A stretch of DNA of 63,001 bases, counting the filler, from Octopus bimaculoides (Eukaryota): assembly GCF_001194135.2 (NCBI RefSeq). It is 4 parts of 4 records of this genome, joined end to end, with 100 filler letters (N's around TTAATTAATTAA, not from the genome) between each part and the next. Parts side by side here need not be neighbours in the genome. Positions count along the whole stretch, not along the records: positions 57,689 to 60,847 come from NW_026392584.1; positions 60,948 to 63,001 come from NC_069010.1; 2 more parts are not named here. One strand, 5' to 3'. The position numbers and the translations under genes were made by a program. The stretch's first letter is position 1. Every line of letters begins with the position of its first letter. A model generated the notes under the pieces. That model was not told where the DNA came from, searched no databases, and saw only the letters and a program-made list of their open reading frames with translations. Below, in pieces: positions 58,137-63,001 of the stretch.

Positions 58137-60847
58137 AGTGTTATATTTTTGGACCCCGACTTTATGGCCAGTGAGCAAATGATTGGACCTCGAATTTATG
58201 GCCAGTGTTCAATTTTTGGTCCCCGACTTTATGGCCAGTGNNNNNNNNNNAATTTATGGCCAGTGTTCAATTTTTGGTCCCCGACTTTATGGCCAGTGTT
58301 TAATTTTTGGTCTCACAGGAGAGTGTAATATTTTTGGACCCTGAATTCATGGCTACTGTGCCAATGTTTGGACCCCGACTTTATGGCCAGTGTTCAATTT
58401 TGGTCACCCACTTTATAGCCAGTGTTCAATTTTTGGTCCCCGTCTTTATAGCCAGTGTTCAATTTTANNNNNNNNNNAGGTCCCCGTCTTTATGGCCACT
58501 GTGCGATTTTTGGTCCCCGAATTTATGTCCAGTGTTCAATTTATCGTCCCGACTTTATGGCCAGTGAGCGAATTTTGTTCCCCGACTTTATGGCCAGNNN
58601 NNNNNNNNNNNNNNNNNNNNNNNNNNNNNNNNNNNNNNNNNNNNNNNNNNNNNNNNNNNNNNNNNNNNNNNNNNNNNNNNNNNNNNNNGTGTTCAATTTT
58701 TGGTCCCCGACTTTATGGCCAGTGTGCGATTTTTGATCGCCCATTTTATGGCCAGTGTTCAATTTTTGGTCACCGTCTTTATTGCCAGTGTGCAATTATT
58801 CGTCCCGGACTTTAAGGCCAGTGTTCAATTTTTGGTCCCCGTCTTCATGGCCACTGTGCGATTTTNNNNNNNNNNTGGACCCCGTCTTTATGGCCAGTGT
58901 TCAATTATTCGTCCCCGTCTTCATGGCCAGTGATCAATTTTTGGTCCCAGATTTATGGCCAGTTTTCAATTTTAGTCCCCCACTTTATGGCCAATGTGCA
59001 ATTATTCGTCCCCGACTTTATGGCCAGTGTACAATGTTCGGTCCCCAACTTTATGACCAGTGTACGATTTTTGGTCCCCGACTTTATGGCCAGTGTTCAA
59101 TTTTGGTCCCCCACTTAATAGCCAGTGTTCAATTTTTAGTCCCCGTTTTTATGGCCAATGTGCATTATTGGTCCCCGACTTTATGGCCAGTGTGCGCTTT
59201 TTGATCCCCCATTTTATGGCNNNNNNNNNNTTTATGGCCAGTGTGCGCTTTTTGATCCCCCATTTTATGGCCAGTGTTCAATTTTTGGTCCCCGACATTA
59301 TGGCCAGTGTTCCATTTTCGTCCCCCACTTTATAGCCAGTGTTCAATTTTTGGTCCCCGTTTTTATGGCCNNNNNNNNNNGTCCCCGTTTTTATGGCCAG
59401 TGTGCATTATTGGTCCCCGACTTTATGGCCGCTTTGCGATTTCTGGTCCCCGACTTTATGGCCAGTGTTCAATTATTCGTCCCCGACTTTATGTGCATTG
59501 TTCAATTTTTGGTCCCAGACTTTGTGGCCAGTGTTCAATTTTTGATCCCCGACTTGGCCAGTGTTCAATTTTTGGTCCCCGACTTTATGGCCAGTGTTCA
59601 ATTNNNNNNNNNNTTTATGGCCAGTGTTCAATTTATCGTCCCCGACTTTATGGCCAGTGTGCGTAATAGTTCCCCGACTTTATGGTCAGTGTTCAATTAT
59701 TGGTCCCCGTCTTCATGGCCACTGTGCGATTTTTGGTCCCCGTNNNNNNNNNNTCTTCATGGCCACTGTGCGATTTTTGGTCCCCGTCTTTATGGCCAAT
59801 GTTTATTTTCGGTCCCTGATTTCATGTTCAGTATTCAATTTTTAGTCCCCGACTTTATGCCCAATGTTCAATTTTTGGTCCCCGTCTTTATGGCCAGTGT
59901 GCAATTATTCGTCCNNNNNNNNNNGGTCCCCGTCTTTATGGCCAGTGTGCAATTATTCGTCCCCGACTTTAGCGCCAGTGTCAAAATTTTGTTCCCCGAG
60001 TTTATGGCCATTGTACAATAATCGGTCCCCGTCTTTATGGACGGTGTGCAATTTTTGGTCCCCAACTTTATGGTCAGTATGCAATTTTTGGTCTCCAACT
60101 TTATGGCCAGTGTTCAATTTTTGNNNNNNNNNNNNNNNNNNNNNNNNNNNNNNNNNNNNNNNNNNNNNNNNNNNNNNNNNNNNNNNNNNNNNNNNNNNNN
60201 NNNNNNNNNNNNNNNNNNNNNNNNNNNNNNNNNNNNNNNNNNNNNNNNNNNNNNNNNNNNNNNNNNNNNNNNNNNNNNNNNNNNNNNNNNNNNNNNNNNN
60301 NNNNNNNNNNNNNNNNNNNNNNNNNNNNNNNNNNNNNNNNNNNNNNNNNNNNNNNNNNNNNNNNNGTTCAATTTTTGGTCCCCGACTTTATGGCCAGTGT
60401 TCAATTTTTTGTCCCTGTCTTCATGGCCACTGTGCGATTTTTGGTCCCCGTCTTTACGGCCAGTGTTCAATTATTCGTCCCCGAATTTATGGCCAGTGTT
60501 CAATTTTTGGTCCCCGTCTTTATGGCNNNNNNNNNNNNNNNNNNNNNNNNNNNNNNNNNNNNNNNNNNNNNNNNNNNNNNNNNNNNNNNNNNNNNNNNNN
60601 NNNNNNNNNNNNNNNNNNNNNNNNNNNNNNNNNNNNNNNNNNNNNNGACTTTATGGCCATTGTTCAATTTTTGATCCCCGTCTTTATGGTCAGTGTACAA
60701 TTATTCCTCCCCGACTTTAGCGCCAGTGTCCGAATTTTGGCCAGTGAACAATAATCGTTCCCCGTCTTTATGGACGGTGTGCAATTTTTAGTTCCCAACT
60801 TTATGGCCAGTATGCGATTTTTGGTCCCCGACTTTATGGCCAGTGTT
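58137..60847. repeat. 33-bp minisatellite array
   Basis: Consensus GTGTTCAATTTTTGGTCCCCGACTTTATGGCCA, with dozens of diverged 32-34 bp units and many internal N gaps. Confidence 0.97.
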
Positions 60848-60947
60848 NNNNNNNNNNNNNNNNNNNNNNNNNNNNNNNNNNNNNNNNNNNNTTAATTAAT
60901 TAANNNNNNNNNNNNNNNNNNNNNNNNNNNNNNNNNNNNNNNNNNNN
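60848..60947. other. Artificial scaffold join
   Basis: 44 N + TTAATTAATTAA + 44 N. Confidence 0.95.
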
Positions 60948-61124
60948 ATATATATATATATACACACACATAAGTCTACACAGAGTACAGCTTTTAAGCT
61001 AGTATAACAATAGATGCCATATACTTGCATGTCTGTATATATGTGGACATGTCTATGCATATCAGCATGAGTGTTTGCGTTCTGTGTAGCCATGCATGTG
61101 TATATATGTATATAACACTTTCAG

Positions 61125-61470
61125 TATGCAAATTAAGGACTCCTTCATAGAGTAACTGCTGCATTTATTGAGTATATAAACAGTTTGGCTACTAAAATCT
61201 CTTGAGACTGTCAGGATGATGTAGACACCTCTGATGAGAATACAATAAGATTCAAAAATTGATTAAGGTCGTTCAATATTTTTTTTCAGTCATAGGCCAC
61301 TGGTATTTATATATTTGCATAACTTTTTTGATATGCAAATTAGGGACTCCTTCATAGAGTAACTGCTGCATTTTTTAAGTATATAAGCAATTTGGCTGAT
61401 TGCCTCTACGGAGATTGTCAAAATGATGAGGCTTCCTCTGATGAGAACCCAATAAGGTTGTTCATTTAAT
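61125..61470 (+). repeat. 207-bp tandem dimer, each unit carrying a hammerhead-like core
   Basis: TATGCAAATT-GGACTCCTTCATAGAGTAACTGCTGCATTT at 61125 and 61332; CCTCTGATGAGAA with CTGATGA at 61231 and 61438. Confidence 0.8.
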
Positions 61471-61587
61471 TTCAGTCTGTAGAGAAATGACTACAACTTG
61501 TGGTTTATAATTATACCATATGTTACTTAATATATACCCATGCTCATTAACATTATCATGTTCAGACATATACACAGGTACCATTGT

Positions 61588-62010
61588 TTTATTTGGTTCT
61601 GTCATTAGACTGTGGCCATACTGTGGCACCACCTTGAAGAATTGTTACTCAAATAAATCAACCTCAGAGCTTAATATTTTTACTAAGCCTAGCCCTTATT
61701 CTATGGACCTCTTTTGCCGAACTACTAAGTTATGAGGATGTAAACAGACCCACACTGGTTGTCAAAAGTGGTAGTGGGGGCACAAACACACAGACACACG
61801 CACACATCTATATATATATATATAGATATATATATATATATATATACAATAGGTTTCTTCCAGTTTCTGTCTACCAAATCCACTCACAAGGCTTTGGTCA
61901 GCCTGAGGTCAAAGTACAAGACACTTGCCTGACATGCCATGCAGTGAGACTGAACCCGGAACCATGTGGTTGGGAAGCAAGCTTCTTACCACATAGCCGT
62001 GTCTGCACTT
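61588..62010 (-). mobile_element. SINE family A, full length
   Basis: Same two-part structure around a (CA)/(TA) tract. Confidence 0.85.
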
Positions 62011-62066
62011 ATCTATATAAATATATAAACATGTAAACATATAAATATGCTTGTGTTTACATTTAA

Positions 62067-62164
<98 letters not shown>

Positions 62165-62233
62165 ATGTGTGTATATATATGTATATATAAGTGTGTATAT
62201 ATANNNNNNNNNNATATATATATATATATATAA

Positions 62234-62265
<32 letters not shown>

Positions 62266-62704
62266 ATGTGTGTATATATATGTATATATAAGTGTGTATA
62301 TATATGTATATATATGTGTGTGCATGTGCATATATATGTGTGTATACATATATGTGTGTGTGGGGGGGGGGTGTTTATGTGACTGTCAGTGCATTTGGGT
62401 CAGTATGTCAGTGATCTAATGTGTATGTCTGTGTGATACCAATGTACTTGCACCACCACCACCCGAGTTGCACTGAGTGCAATGAGCAGGTGCACTCTGT
62501 GTGTGTTGTTGACACACAATGATGCCTAGAAGGATTTTGGCACGTTCACACCCACCCACCCACACACTTCGAAGACTTGGGGGTAGCTGACCACATTTTC
62601 CTCCTATCCTACTTTAGCTTTAAGCCAGCCTACATGCACACACACACATATGCATACGCATATACATACATACATATAAAATATACATACACACACATGT
62701 GTAT

Positions 62705-62975
62705 ATTATCATCATCATCGTTTAACGTCCGCTTTCCATGCTAGCATGGGTTGGACGGTTTGACTGAGGACTGGCGAACCAGATGGCTGCACCGGGCTCC
62801 AATCTGATCGGGCAGAGTTTCTACAGCTGGATGCCCTTCCTAACGCCAACCACTCTGAGAGTGTAGTGGGTGCTTTTTATGTGCCACCGGCACGAGTGCC
62901 AGTCAGGCGGTACTGGCAACGGCCATGCTCAAAATGGTGTTTTTTACGTGCCACCTGCACAGGAGCCAGTCCAGC
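62705..62975 (-). mobile_element. SINE or LINE 3' tail with RTE-type terminus
   Basis: Minus strand ends GCATGGAAAGCGGACGTTAAACGATGATGATGAT, which resembles RTE-type short-repeat tails. Confidence 0.65.
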
Positions 62976-63001
62976 ACGTATATATATATATATATATATA
63001 T

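Noticed and set aside
58137-60847. CRISPR-like array
   Set aside because: Units are contiguous tandem repeats with no unique spacers, there are no cas genes, and the context is eukaryotic.
62370-62620. KYIGITQ motif on the minus strand suggesting a GIY-YIG fragment
   Set aside because: A single short motif with no supporting flanks.

Overview
AT-rich eukaryotic DNA packed with microsatellites, N gaps and tRNA-derived SINEs. I infer a coleoid cephalopod, probably Octopus, from the SINE families and repeat landscape. Three artificial 100-bp joins (44 N + TTAATTAATTAA + 44 N) split the window into four separately assembled blocks: 1-28421, 28522-57588, 57689-60847 and 60948-63001. Only one host coding exon is well supported, a minus-strand ZNF474-like exon with four C2HC zinc fingers (41615-42472). 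The rest is mostly decayed transposons: a full-length mariner with TIRs, a mariner MITE, a KIAA1586-type hAT, a Helitron 3' end joined to a mariner fragment, RTE and CR1-like LINE pieces, several Penelope-like elements with hammerhead ribozyme motifs, and a 33-bp minisatellite. Nearly all long ORFs in the supplied track are artefacts of N runs or simple repeats. No CRISPR array, rRNA or true tRNA was found, and I cannot claim a new biological system. The best leads are the hammerhead motifs (one with an intact core, one in a 207-bp retrozyme-like dimer), a twin-priming-like inversion in an RTE LINE, and the mariner-Helitron chimera. All protein and RNA family calls come from motif recognition by eye, not database searches.
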